From the NCBI GenBank assembly GCA_002392545.1, contig DGHF01000136.1, positions 7,932-64,279 on the forward strand: a DNA stretch of 56,348 bases. The letters are read 5' to 3'. The stretch comes from Ruminococcus sp. UBA3855. Lineage in GTDB: Bacteria > Bacillota > Clostridia > Oscillospirales > Ruminococcaceae. A model generated the notes under the pieces. That model saw only the letters and a program-made list of their open reading frames with translations, was not told where the DNA came from and did no database searches. The translations under genes were made by a program, and so were the position numbers. This document shows, piece by piece, positions 17,856 through 27,085 of this stretch (positions within the stretch are counted from its first letter, which is position 1; each line of letters starts with the position of its first letter).

Positions 17856-19358
17856 ATGAAAAAATTATCATGGGTCATATTGCTGGCAATCTTTCTGACG
17901 GGTTGCGGTGCTGAAACGGAAACAGAAATTTCCGTTCCTGATGGAAATATTCAGCAGGAAACCGCCGTTGCTTTCAATATCGAAAACCCTGCGCCTGAAC
18001 CTGAAACCGAACCCATCAAAGAATCTGAAACAATTGACATTCCCCTTGAAACGCTCGAAAATCCCCCTGCTCCTGCCGTTCTGGATTTTGCCGATTTCGA
18101 CAGCATTCCGGATGAGAAAATTGCTGAACTCGCTCTTCATGACTTTTCAACAACGGAATTTATCGAAAGTTATTATGTCCCACGCATTGACCGGAATTAT
18201 CAATTGAAATTTGTTCCCGAAAATGAGGACTTTGAAAGCTATCTTTCCAACCCCGAAAATTTTACCATTGAAACCAGTTCAAATTATACCATTGAAGCCG
18301 TCAACCCCTATGACGAAAATGATTTGTATTCCATTTTTGAAGTACATTATACTGACGATTCCCAAGGGGCGATTGAATACCAGCTCTTTCCTAAAAATTT
18401 CCGGCTCTCCGGAAATGATTATGCCATCTATACGGGCGGTATGGATGAAGAATCCGTCCTGCTCAATTTCGACCTCATCAGCCAGAATCAGCATATCATC
18501 TGGAGAAATTTCAGGGACAACCCCGAAATCAAATGCATTGCCTATGATTTTTACAGCGTGACAAGGCTTGACAATGATACTGCTGAATTGGGATGGTACT
18601 GCTATCTGATTGACAGAGATGATTTCATGGTATCGCTCCGACCGGAATGGAATTTGAAACGAAATGTGAATCTTTCTGGTCTTCCTGAATCTGTACCGGA
18701 TGACGATTCCCAAAGTCCCAACATCCCTGATGATGCCGAAATTTTCACCGATATTCAGCTCTATGCAAGTCAATCAGAAATTGTGATTGGCGAAGACCAA
18801 ACCAACGACAATGAAGTGATTTGGTATGCGAAAATTCCTGTTGACTGTAACCCTGAATCAGTCGCTTTGATTGATGAAAGCACCGGCGAAAAAGTCGCTG
18901 ATTTGTATGACCTCGCAGATTATGAAAAATACGGTGATACCATTCAGGGCGATTCTATCTATAACTGCCGTTTCAAGGTGAATATTGACATTGACACAAA
19001 CCCCGATGTTTCAGAGGATGCACATTATCATTATTATGCGGAATTCGCTGACAACAAAGGCATTCACCGTTCCGAACCGTTCCAAATCTGGGTACTCGAA
19101 CAGTTCACCGACAAGGAATTAAACGATATAGAAATTGTAGACAAAGCCGTTTCTGAAATGCTCAATTCCAATGATTTCCAGAAACTTTCACCCGAAAAAA
19201 GAGTGAAATTCGCTGAAAAGCGTCTGCATGAACTCGAAGAACAAGACTATATCAAACAAGGCAGTATCCGTACTTATGAGCTGAATATTTCGTTTGAGTA
19301 TTCGTGCGGAATTTCCGGCGGAATGATGCCTTACCAATTTGATGAAAATGTCGATTAA
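17856..19358 (+). CDS. Secreted acidic lipoprotein of unknown function
   Basis: 500 aa from ATG 17856, with a GGAGGTG RBS. Signal peptide plus lipobox MKKLSWVILLAIFLTGC. The 17589 extension runs through the promoter and has no RBS. Confidence 0.7.
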   Translation: MKKLSWVILLAIFLTGCGAETETEISVPDGNIQQETAVAFNIENPAPEPETEPIKESETIDIPLETLENPPAPAVLDFADFDSIPDEKIAELALHDFSTTEFIESYYVPRIDRNYQLKFVPENEDFESYLSNPENFTIETSSNYTIEAVNPYDENDLYSIFEVHYTDDSQGAIEYQLFPKNFRLSGNDYAIYTGGMDEESVLLNFDLISQNQHIIWRNFRDNPEIKCIAYDFYSVTRLDNDTAELGWYCYLIDRDDFMVSLRPEWNLKRNVNLSGLPESVPDDDSQSPNIPDDAEIFTDIQLYASQSEIVIGEDQTNDNEVIWYAKIPVDCNPESVALIDESTGEKVADLYDLADYEKYGDTIQGDSIYNCRFKVNIDIDTNPDVSEDAHYHYYAEFADNKGIHRSEPFQIWVLEQFTDKELNDIEIVDKAVSEMLNSNDFQKLSPEKRVKFAEKRLHELEEQDYIKQGSIRTYELNISFEYSCGISGGMMPYQFDENVD

Positions 19359-19365
19359 ATTAAAA

Positions 19366-19396
19366 TTCCCCTGTTTTCCTAACAAAAACAGGGGAA
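19366..19396. terminator. Bidirectional intrinsic terminator
   Basis: 12-bp stem TTCCCCTGTTTT / AAAACAGGGGAA with a 7-nt loop and A/T-rich flanks, between convergent genes. Confidence 0.7.
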
Positions 19397-19401
19397 AATT
19401 T

Positions 19402-20397
19402 TTATTTTGCAAGAATTTTTTCGATTTTGTCAATTTCCTGCTGTGTGAAGTCAAGATTCCGGATACATCCGGCATTTTCGGCGATTTGTTCCGGAGAACT
19501 TGCACCAATTAAAACCGTTGTCACGGCTGGATTACGGAGAATCCACGCAAGTGCCATCTGTGAAAGAGTCTGCCCTCTCTCCTGTGCAACGGCATTCAAT
19601 GCACGGAGTTGATTCAGCATTTCCTCTGTGAGCTGTTCTCTGAGCCATGTATTTCCCTTTCCGATTCTGGAATTTTCAGGGATACCGTTCAGATAGCGTC
19701 CTGTCAGAAAGCCTTGATACAACGGCGAAAATACGGCGATTCCTTTACCATTTTCATGGCAATATTTGTCAAGTCCATCTGATTCAATCCATCTGTTGAG
19801 CATGGAATAAGACGGCTGATTCACAATGAATGGTGTTTTCAGCTCCTTAAAAATAGCGGAAATTTCAGCGGTCTGTTCGGTGTTATAATTAGAAATACCC
19901 ACATATAAGGCTTTCCCCTGCTTCACTGCATGGTCTAAGGCGAGGGCGGTTTCTTCGAGAGGGGTTTCAGGGTCGAAAATGTGATGATAGAAAATGTCAA
20001 CATATTCCAGCCCCATCCGCTTCAAAGATTGGTCAAGGGATGCAAGTAAATATTTCCTTGAGCCGTTCATTCCCCCATAGATGCCTTCCCACATATCATA
20101 GCCAGCCTTTGTGGAAACACAGATTTCATCACGGTAAACCCCTAAACCGTTTTTCAGGATTTTTCCGAAATTCTCTTCGGCTGAACCATTATAAGGATGT
20201 CCGTAATTATTCGCCAAATCAAAATGAACAATTCCCAAATCAAACGCTTTCCGGCACATCGCCTCCGCATTCGCAAAGCTGGTATCTGCTCCGAAATTCC
20301 GCCACATTCCAAGCGAAATCACAGGCAGTTTCAAGCCCCATTTCCCACAACGTCGATAAATCATACTGTCATAGCGTGTTTTGTCTGCAAGATACAT
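19402..20397 (-). CDS. Aldo/keto reductase (YghZ/Gpr-like)
   Basis: 331 aa. AKR pattern: YRRCGKWGLKLPVISLGMW..., FDLANNYG, and GLEYVDIFYHH. Confidence 0.85.
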   Translation of the reverse strand: MYLADKTRYDSMIYRRCGKWGLKLPVISLGMWRNFGADTSFANAEAMCRKAFDLGIVHFDLANNYGHPYNGSAEENFGKILKNGLGVYRDEICVSTKAGYDMWEGIYGGMNGSRKYLLASLDQSLKRMGLEYVDIFYHHIFDPETPLEETALALDHAVKQGKALYVGISNYNTEQTAEISAIFKELKTPFIVNQPSYSMLNRWIESDGLDKYCHENGKGIAVFSPLYQGFLTGRYLNGIPENSRIGKGNTWLREQLTEEMLNQLRALNAVAQERGQTLSQMALAWILRNPAVTTVLIGASSPEQIAENAGCIRNLDFTQQEIDKIEKILAK

Positions 20398-20615
20398 ATT
20401 TCCAAATCCACCTTTCGGAATATAATCTACTTCATTATATCATATCCATACACCCCAACACCCTGATTATTTTTGAACAAAATGTAAATTTTTGATGAAT
20501 TACTGACGGATTATATCTTTGGGAAGATTTGTGCCGGATAATATCGGATTTTGTCGGAAACGAAATAATTTTAGTCCAGTTGTTTCCCATATGGAAAATT
20601 TTAGCTAAAAAAAGC

Positions 20616-20644
20616 TTGACAAACGCCCGAACTTATGTTACAAT
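20616..20644 (+). promoter_or_regulatory. Sigma-A-type promoter preceding a ~200-nt leader
   Basis: TTGACA, 17-bp spacer, TACAAT with TGn (TGTTACAAT). Confidence 0.55.
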
Positions 20645-20851
20645 AGCATTACAGCAGGCGAAAAGTATCATATCCCACTTTAAAGCAGTAAAAATTACAG
20701 AGAAGTATTCCGCAAAGAGTCCGTCATTGTTTTTGTACGGTGTAAATTTTCCCCTGAATAAGGGTACGTATTTCATATTCTAATTGTTACCCAAAACAAA
20801 ACCAGAGGATTCCGACGGAAACAGCACCAGAACGAAAGAGAGGTTATTATA

Positions 20852-21061
20852 ATGATGTCTTGTAAAATGAATAATACAGCCCTCATGCAGGAGGCATTAG
20901 CATTCTGCATTGCCGAAACTGAAAAGAATATCCTCGAATTCTACGAAGAAGCCCAGAATCAGCCCGATGATGCTCCCGTAACCCGTGCCGAAATTGCCAG
21001 AGATATGCAGAAAGAATTTCATTACCTGTACATACTTCAAAGTATGTATTCCATTGTATGA
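20852..21061 (+). CDS. Small hypothetical protein (69 aa)
   Basis: GAGAGG RBS 8 nt upstream. Helical acidic sequence with no recognisable motif. Confidence 0.4.
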   Translation: MMSCKMNNTALMQEALAFCIAETEKNILEFYEEAQNQPDDAPVTRAEIARDMQKEFHYLYILQSMYSIV

Positions 21062-21178
21062 GATGCATTCCAAAAAAATGCCAGTCCGCTGAAAATCCGA
21101 TACTCCGCCTTGGGTATGATATAAACCGTCAACCGCTATTATTTTGAATGAATGTCCGTAAAAATAATATCTTCCCAA

Positions 21179-21209
21179 AAAAGGAACTGCCATTCTGACA
21201 GTTCCTTTT
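21179..21209. terminator. Bidirectional intrinsic terminator
   Basis: Stem AAAAGGAACTG / CAGTTCCTTTT with a 9-nt loop. Confidence 0.7.
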
Positions 21210-21222
21210 GTATTACAGCATA

Positions 21223-22281
21223 TTATTCTGTGATTTCGCCATTTTCTGCGCCGTCTTGGGAGGTTTCAGCACCTTCGGAATCGGGATTTTCTCCGTCGGG
21301 GGTTTCATCGTCGGAAATTTCGCCCTCCTCACCAGAATCAACAGCAGTTCCATTCAAATCAGCGTAAACGTCCGTTCCGAACCATTTCATAGAAATTTCC
21401 GTGAATGTCCCGTCTGCAACCATTTCATTGATAGTCTCCTGAATCTTGTTACGAAGAGCTACATCCGACTTTCTGAAACCAATTGCATAATTTTCGTTGG
21501 CTTCTTTCGCCAGAAGGATGTTATAAATCCCGCCGTTGCTGGAATTCCAGTAATTAGCAACTCCGGAATCCATGCAGGCAGCATCTACAAGCCCAAGTTC
21601 TAATTGTCTCAAAACGTCGCTGTTGTCTTCCATGGAAGTGATGTAAATTTCGGGATATTCCGTCTCTAACAGGTCTTTCGAAGTCGAACTGTCCGGAACA
21701 CTGACTGTCTTTCCAGCCATGTCTTCTATCGTTTTCACTCCGCTTTCAGGGTCAACAATAAACACAATGTCAACTTTCATGTAAGGGTCGGAAAGACACA
21801 TTGATTTCTCTCGTTCAGGGGTCATTGACATTGCGCTCCAAATGCAGTCAATTTCTCCAAGAGAAAGGTCATCTTCCTTTTCTTCCCACACGATTTCATG
21901 CTTGACAAGGTTAATTCCGAGACGGTTGCAGACCTCCCCTGCAAAATCGACTTCAAACCCGACAATTTCGCCGGATTCGTCAACAAACGACGACGGCGGG
22001 TAAGAAGAACTCAGCCCCATGACAAGTTCTCCTTTTTCCTGAATCTTTTCCCATGAATTATCTTCTTCCGGCACTTCGTCGGGAGAATCAGCAGGCTCAT
22101 TTTCATCTGCTGGGGGCTTCTCCTCCTCCGATGCAGGGGACTCATCTGTAACATGTGGTGCAGGGGGCGTGGTGGGCGTGGGTGCAGTGGTGGAAGTCGT
22201 CGCTCCTCCACAAGCCGTCATTGCCATACAGCAAAATATTGCCAAAGCTGACAACATTCTTTTCATCTTCATATATTTCAT
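21223..22281 (-). CDS. Amino-acid ABC-type solute-binding lipoprotein (family 3), paralogue 1, acidic C-terminal tail
   Basis: 352 aa from ATG 22281, with a GAGGAG RBS. Lipobox AMTACGG, a P/T/E-rich linker, SBP_bac_3-like core (MGLSSSYPPSSFVDESGEIVGFEVD...DGTFTEISMKWFG) and a D/E/G-rich tail ending EITE. Confidence 0.8.
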   Translation of the reverse strand: MKYMKMKRMLSALAIFCCMAMTACGGATTSTTAPTPTTPPAPHVTDESPASEEEKPPADENEPADSPDEVPEEDNSWEKIQEKGELVMGLSSSYPPSSFVDESGEIVGFEVDFAGEVCNRLGINLVKHEIVWEEKEDDLSLGEIDCIWSAMSMTPEREKSMCLSDPYMKVDIVFIVDPESGVKTIEDMAGKTVSVPDSSTSKDLLETEYPEIYITSMEDNSDVLRQLELGLVDAACMDSGVANYWNSSNGGIYNILLAKEANENYAIGFRKSDVALRNKIQETINEMVADGTFTEISMKWFGTDVYADLNGTAVDSGEEGEISDDETPDGENPDSEGAETSQDGAENGEITE

Positions 22282-22350
22282 CTTGAAATATCTCCTCTCG
22301 TCTGAACAATCATTATCTGTCAAAAAATCATCAAATATTCTTCTGGTATA

Positions 22351-23334
22351 TCATTCTTCTGTGATTTCGTCATCCCCTGTATTGTCTTCGGAGGGGTCAG
22401 CTTCTTCAGAACCCAAGCTTTCGCCTTCGATGCCGGATTTATCAGCTGTTTCATTCATCCGAGCATAAACATCTGTTCCGAACCATTTCATAGAAATTCC
22501 GGTGAATGTTCCGTCTGCAATCATACTGTCCATAGTTTCCTGAATCTTGTTGCGAAGAGAAACATCCGCTTTCCGGAAGCCAATCGCATACTTTTCGCTG
22601 TCTTCTGTTGCATTGAGAACCGTATAATTTCCACCGTTGTTGGAATTCCAGTAATTAGCAACGACAGAATCCACACATACACCATCCAGAAGCCCCAATT
22701 TCAGCTGTCGGAAAAGCTCGTTATTATCTGCCAAAGGAGTAATGTAGACTTTTGAGTTATACTCTTTTTCTAAAAGTTCTTCCGAGGTTGAACCATCCTG
22801 TGCCCCTATCGTTTTTCCGCCAACATCCGCCACACTGTGAATTTCACTATCAGCCGGAACAATGAAAACAATGTTATTTCCCATGTAAGGCTCAGAAAGA
22901 CACATTGTTCTCTCACGTTCGGGGGTGACTGACATTCCGCTCCAGATGCAATCAATTGTTCCAAGAGAAAGGTCATCTTCTTTTTCTTCCCAGACGATTT
23001 CATGTGTCACAAGGCTGATATTAAGACGTTTACAGATTTCATCTGCAAGGTCAACTTCAAATCCGACAATTTTTCCGGAATCATCTGTGAACCCCAACGG
23101 CGGAAAATCTGAATCCAAACCCATGATGAATTCCCCTTTTTTCTGAACCTTCTCCCATGAATTATCATCCGCAGGCTCTCCGTCAGGAGTATTCTCCTCC
23201 GGTGCAGGTGGTTGGGTGGCAGGCGTGGGGGACGTGGCAGGCGCAGTGGAAGTGTTCGCACCTCCGCAAGCGGTCATTGACACACAGCAAAATAATGCCA
23301 AAACAGACAATATACTTTTCATCTTGCATTTCAT
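22351..23334 (-). CDS. Amino-acid ABC-type solute-binding lipoprotein (family 3), paralogue 2, acidic C-terminal tail
   Basis: 327 aa with an AGGAGG RBS. Lipobox SMTACGG. Core is collinear and highly similar to paralogue 1. Tail ends EITEE. Confidence 0.8.
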   Translation of the reverse strand: MKCKMKSILSVLALFCCVSMTACGGANTSTAPATSPTPATQPPAPEENTPDGEPADDNSWEKVQKKGEFIMGLDSDFPPLGFTDDSGKIVGFEVDLADEICKRLNISLVTHEIVWEEKEDDLSLGTIDCIWSGMSVTPERERTMCLSEPYMGNNIVFIVPADSEIHSVADVGGKTIGAQDGSTSEELLEKEYNSKVYITPLADNNELFRQLKLGLLDGVCVDSVVANYWNSNNGGNYTVLNATEDSEKYAIGFRKADVSLRNKIQETMDSMIADGTFTGISMKWFGTDVYARMNETADKSGIEGESLGSEEADPSEDNTGDDEITEE

Positions 23335-23461
23335 TCTCGATACCTCCTCTTATTTGTAGGTAGCACTGAATCAAAATAAGTATTCATGGAGGTGCACAGC
23401 ACAACTGCCGACACCAACAAACCAAACACACGAATTTTCTTCATTTTCATTTGGTTTTTCC

Positions 23462-24238
23462 TCAACTTTTTGCAATAATGACTTGTTCTGACTTGAAATA
23501 GCTTTCTGTGAATGATGCTTTTGTGATGTAATCTTTCTGAACGGTAATTCTGGACACGGCAACATCCGCCTTTCCGGCTTTGACAGCCTCAAGAACCTCA
23601 TCCGTGCTTGACATTTCCTTGATAACAAGGCTCATGCCCAGTTTATCACAAATTGCCCTCATAATGTCCGGTTCTAAGCCAACAACCGTACTGCCTTCTT
23701 TTTCTGCAAAGGGGGGAAGGTTGGCAACAGTCGCCATAATCAATTCACCCTTGGTATCCTGTTCTTTCGCAAGATAGGGCACATGGTCAGCGGAAGTTCC
23801 TACCCAATGGGAAAGAATTTCATCAATTGTTCCGTCCGTTTTCAATGTTGAAAGTGTTTCATTGAGCATTGTTGCCAGCTTTTCATTTCCCTTTTTGCAG
23901 GCGATAACATAAGGCTCAGTGTCAATTTTCTGGTCAAGGATTTTCACAGCATCAATATGCGCTGTATAAATCTGTGCAGGGGCTTCGTCCATGATAATCG
24001 CATCTGTTTCACCGTTCTGCAATGCCTGAACTGCTTCCAGACCGCTGTTGAACGAGACAACCGTTGCATTCATGATTCCATTTGCATAAACTTCCCCTGT
24101 GCTTCCGCTCAGACAAGCAACTGATGCACCTGAAAGGTCACTTAATTTTTCAATACTTTTGCCGTTTCCACACGCTGTCATGGATGCGCAAAACATCACA
24201 GCCGAAACCAGCAGACTAAGAATTTTGGTTTGCTTCAT
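23462..24238 (-). CDS. Solute-binding lipoprotein (family 3) with circularly permuted lobe order
   Basis: 258 aa from ATG 24238, with a GGAGGA RBS 7 nt upstream. Lipobox SMTACGN. The segment that is normally C-terminal (LSGASVACLSGSTGE...EPYVIACKKGN...DGTIDEILSHWVG) comes before the segment that is normally N-terminal (ELIMATVANLPPFAEKEG..VVGLEPD...KADVAVSRITV...FTESYF). Confidence 0.7.
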   Translation of the reverse strand: MKQTKILSLLVSAVMFCASMTACGNGKSIEKLSDLSGASVACLSGSTGEVYANGIMNATVVSFNSGLEAVQALQNGETDAIIMDEAPAQIYTAHIDAVKILDQKIDTEPYVIACKKGNEKLATMLNETLSTLKTDGTIDEILSHWVGTSADHVPYLAKEQDTKGELIMATVANLPPFAEKEGSTVVGLEPDIMRAICDKLGMSLVIKEMSSTDEVLEAVKAGKADVAVSRITVQKDYITKASFTESYFKSEQVIIAKS

Positions 24239-24411
24239 GTTATTTTCCTCCATCTTCATCAATCACATAAATGTACGGTACTATTATACTCTTTTTCACT
24301 AAAAATTGCAAGTAAAAGCCAGAAAAAATTTTTTGATTTGGCATTTTTGCACAGAATTAGTAATTCTTATAAAGTATTCTCTATCATGTAATCACGAAGA
24401 AAGAAAATTTA

Positions 24412-24843
24412 TCATGATATATTTTTGTCAATGATTTCATTGAGTGTGCGCCATCCCAGAACGGCGCACTTTACTCTTGACGGCATATGAGAAATATCCT
24501 GCAAAGAAGAAGCTTCTTCCAGCCGTTCCAATTCTTCATCCGTCACGGTTTCTTTAATCATTCTCATGAAAATGTCAGCTAATTCCTGCGCTTCCTTGAC
24601 ATCTTTCCCAATGACCAAATCAAGCATCATATCCGCTGAGGCCTGAGAAATGGCACATCCGCTCCCTTCGTATGAACCGTCAGTGATAATGCCGTTTTCG
24701 ACTTTCAGATTCAATACAATATCATCTCCGCAACTGGGGTTGACCCCTTCAAGGGAGAAATCCGGCAGTTCCATAGAGTGTTTATGCGCTGGATAGCGGT
24801 TATGTTCGGTAAGAATTTCATTATAAAAGGTACGATTATTCAT
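24412..24843 (-). CDS. sufU: Fe-S cluster assembly scaffold / sulfur acceptor SufU
   Basis: 143 aa with three conserved Cys contexts: NPSCGDD, GSGCAIS and RVKCAVLGW. Confidence 0.85.
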   Translation of the reverse strand: MNNRTFYNEILTEHNRYPAHKHSMELPDFSLEGVNPSCGDDIVLNLKVENGIITDGSYEGSGCAISQASADMMLDLVIGKDVKEAQELADIFMRMIKETVTDEELERLEEASSLQDISHMPSRVKCAVLGWRTLNEIIDKNIS

Positions 24844-26047
24844 AGCCCATCTGACTCCTTATCTTTTTCAGAACGCTGATAAACCGGTCAATATCTTCAT
24901 CTGTGTTGTAAAATGCCAGACTTGCACGGACTGTTGACGGAATGCCAAGCAGAATGTGCAAAGGCTGTGCGCAGTGATGCCCTGCACGGATGCACACATT
25001 TTCAGAAGCAAAAATTTCGGCGATATCATGCGGATGTACCTCATCAATGGTGAATGTCAAGATTCCATGATGATTTTCAGGCAGTTTGTCCCCGACAATG
25101 TTTACATGAGGAATTTCCTGCATCTGCTTCATGGCGTATTCTGTCAGATGGAGTTCACGGCGTTCAATTTCATCAAAACCGATACTTTCCACAAATTCAA
25201 TCGCTGATTTCAAGCCCCACGCATCACCGGCACTGACTGTTCCGGCTTCAAATTTCTGCGGTAATTCAGCAAAAATGGTCTTTTCCTTAGAAACGTAATC
25301 AATCATTTCACCGCCCTGCAAAAACGGGGGCATTTCCTCCAGCAGATTCTTTTTTCCGTAAAGTGCGCCGATTCCCATAGGGGCATACAATTTATGACCT
25401 GAAAAGGCGAAAAAGTCAACATCCAATTCCTGCACATTGACAGCAATATGCGGAACACTTTGTGAACCGTCCACACAAATCATAGTCCCCATTTCGTGGC
25501 AGATTTCCGCAAATTCCTGAATCGGGTTCACACGTCCGAAGACGTTGGAAATCTGTGCAATGGTGAAAATTTTTGTTTTCGGGGTCAATGCATTTTTCAG
25601 CATTTCCGCAGTATATAAGCCTTCCTGTGTGCAATCCAGATAACGCACAACAGCTCCATGCAACTTTGCATATTTTTTCCAAGGCAGGAAATTGCTGTGA
25701 TGTTCAGACGTTGCAACTAAAATTTCGTCACCCTCTGAAACAAATCTCTCACAAAAAGAGGAGGCAACCAGATTCAGGCTTTCCGTTGCATTTCGTGTGA
25801 AAATGATTTCACAAGATTGCTTTGCATGAACGAAATCAGCGGTTTTCTGTCGTGCCTGTTCGTAAGAATCCGTGGCGGACAAACTCAATTCATACAAGCC
25901 CCTCATAGGATTAGCGTTGTATCTGGTGTAAAATTCTGCAACGGCATCCATGACACATTGTGGTTTCTGTGCCGTGGCTGCGCTGTCAAGGTATGCAATA
26001 TCCTGATTCAAAAGGGGAAATAATTTTCTCACTTCAATATCTGTCAT
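24836..26047 (-). CDS. sufS: Cysteine desulfurase SufS (class II)
   Basis: 403 aa. PLP Lys motif FSGHKLYAPMGIGALYG and active-site RAGHHCAQP. Confidence 0.9.
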   Translation of the reverse strand: MTDIEVRKLFPLLNQDIAYLDSAATAQKPQCVMDAVAEFYTRYNANPMRGLYELSLSATDSYEQARQKTADFVHAKQSCEIIFTRNATESLNLVASSFCERFVSEGDEILVATSEHHSNFLPWKKYAKLHGAVVRYLDCTQEGLYTAEMLKNALTPKTKIFTIAQISNVFGRVNPIQEFAEICHEMGTMICVDGSQSVPHIAVNVQELDVDFFAFSGHKLYAPMGIGALYGKKNLLEEMPPFLQGGEMIDYVSKEKTIFAELPQKFEAGTVSAGDAWGLKSAIEFVESIGFDEIERRELHLTEYAMKQMQEIPHVNIVGDKLPENHHGILTFTIDEVHPHDIAEIFASENVCIRAGHHCAQPLHILLGIPSTVRASLAFYNTDEDIDRFISVLKKIRSQMGYE

Positions 26048-27072
26048 GTGAAATCCTCCTCATCCATGCCGAGACGGGAATAAATCAATTTCGCCGTTTC
26101 GGGGTGGTTCATTCTTCTGATGGCGGTTTCAATTCTGGACTGACTGAGCATTTTATAAACGGTTTCCCTGTCAAGTCCTCTTGACTGCATATAGAATAAT
26201 AATGTTTCGTCAAGCTGTCCGATAGATGCGCCGTGTTCGCCTTCCACGTCTTCCTCTGTGCAGAGAATCAGCGGGACGGATTTATTGACAACATCCTCAT
26301 CCAATAACAGCACATCTTCACTCTCTGCACCCTTTGAACCGGAACAGCCGGAAATGAAGTTGATAGTCTGTCTTGAAATTTTGAAAGAATTCCCATGCAT
26401 GACACCAGACGAAACAATATTCGAATTCGTCAATTTTCCGACATGGTCAGCGACATAATTCATGTCGAGTTTCTGACCGTTTTCCAGAATATAGGATGTG
26501 TAGGAATCAAATGCAGAATTTTTTCCGGTCAAGTTCGCCTTTGCGCCGAGGTAAGTTTCAGCTCCGCCAAGGGAAACCGTTGTCAATTGCAATTGTGCAT
26601 TCTCAGGGCATTCGCCGTTCAATGCACTGATAACCCTGAAATTTTCGCCCATTAAGTTCAATTGTACAATATGGAGCTTGACACCCTCTGCCAAATTCGC
26701 ATGAATCATCAGACCAGCCAGACCCTCTGCATCTTTTTCAGACTGCATCCGGAAAATTAAAGTTGCATTGGCATTCGCTTCAATCTCAAAAGCAACACCA
26801 CATTCCTGACCGTTTTCGGCTGACAAATCCAGCACAATCGGTTCAGAGGGGGTATTTTCAATCAAAATCGGGTATGCATCCGCACCCTCAAATAATGCTT
26901 CTGTTTCGCCGTTTTCGGGGACGTATGCAATTTTATCCAAATCAATCGAATCAGCCTTGACCTGCATCTGTGAAGTAAAGCCGATATTTGTCAGAACAGC
27001 CCCATTCATGCCGAGTTTGTTCCAAGTCGGAGAGGGTAATGTGTTCACTCTCAGTTTCTCAATTTTTGCCAT
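26044..27072 (-). CDS. sufD: Fe-S cluster assembly protein SufD
   Basis: 342 aa from ATG 27072, with a GGGAGGGG RBS 5 nt upstream. It sits between sufB and sufS. C-terminal SufB/D beta-helix pattern (GASIGQLDETLLFYMQSRGL). Confidence 0.8.
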   Translation of the reverse strand: MAKIEKLRVNTLPSPTWNKLGMNGAVLTNIGFTSQMQVKADSIDLDKIAYVPENGETEALFEGADAYPILIENTPSEPIVLDLSAENGQECGVAFEIEANANATLIFRMQSEKDAEGLAGLMIHANLAEGVKLHIVQLNLMGENFRVISALNGECPENAQLQLTTVSLGGAETYLGAKANLTGKNSAFDSYTSYILENGQKLDMNYVADHVGKLTNSNIVSSGVMHGNSFKISRQTINFISGCSGSKGAESEDVLLLDEDVVNKSVPLILCTEEDVEGEHGASIGQLDETLLFYMQSRGLDRETVYKMLSQSRIETAIRRMNHPETAKLIYSRLGMDEEDFT

Positions 27073-27085
27073 GTTATCCCCTCCC

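Noticed and set aside
20529-20783. 84-aa ORF in the long leader region
   Set aside because: It has a TTG start without an RBS, begins upstream of the predicted promoter and reads across it. I treat the region as non-coding leader.
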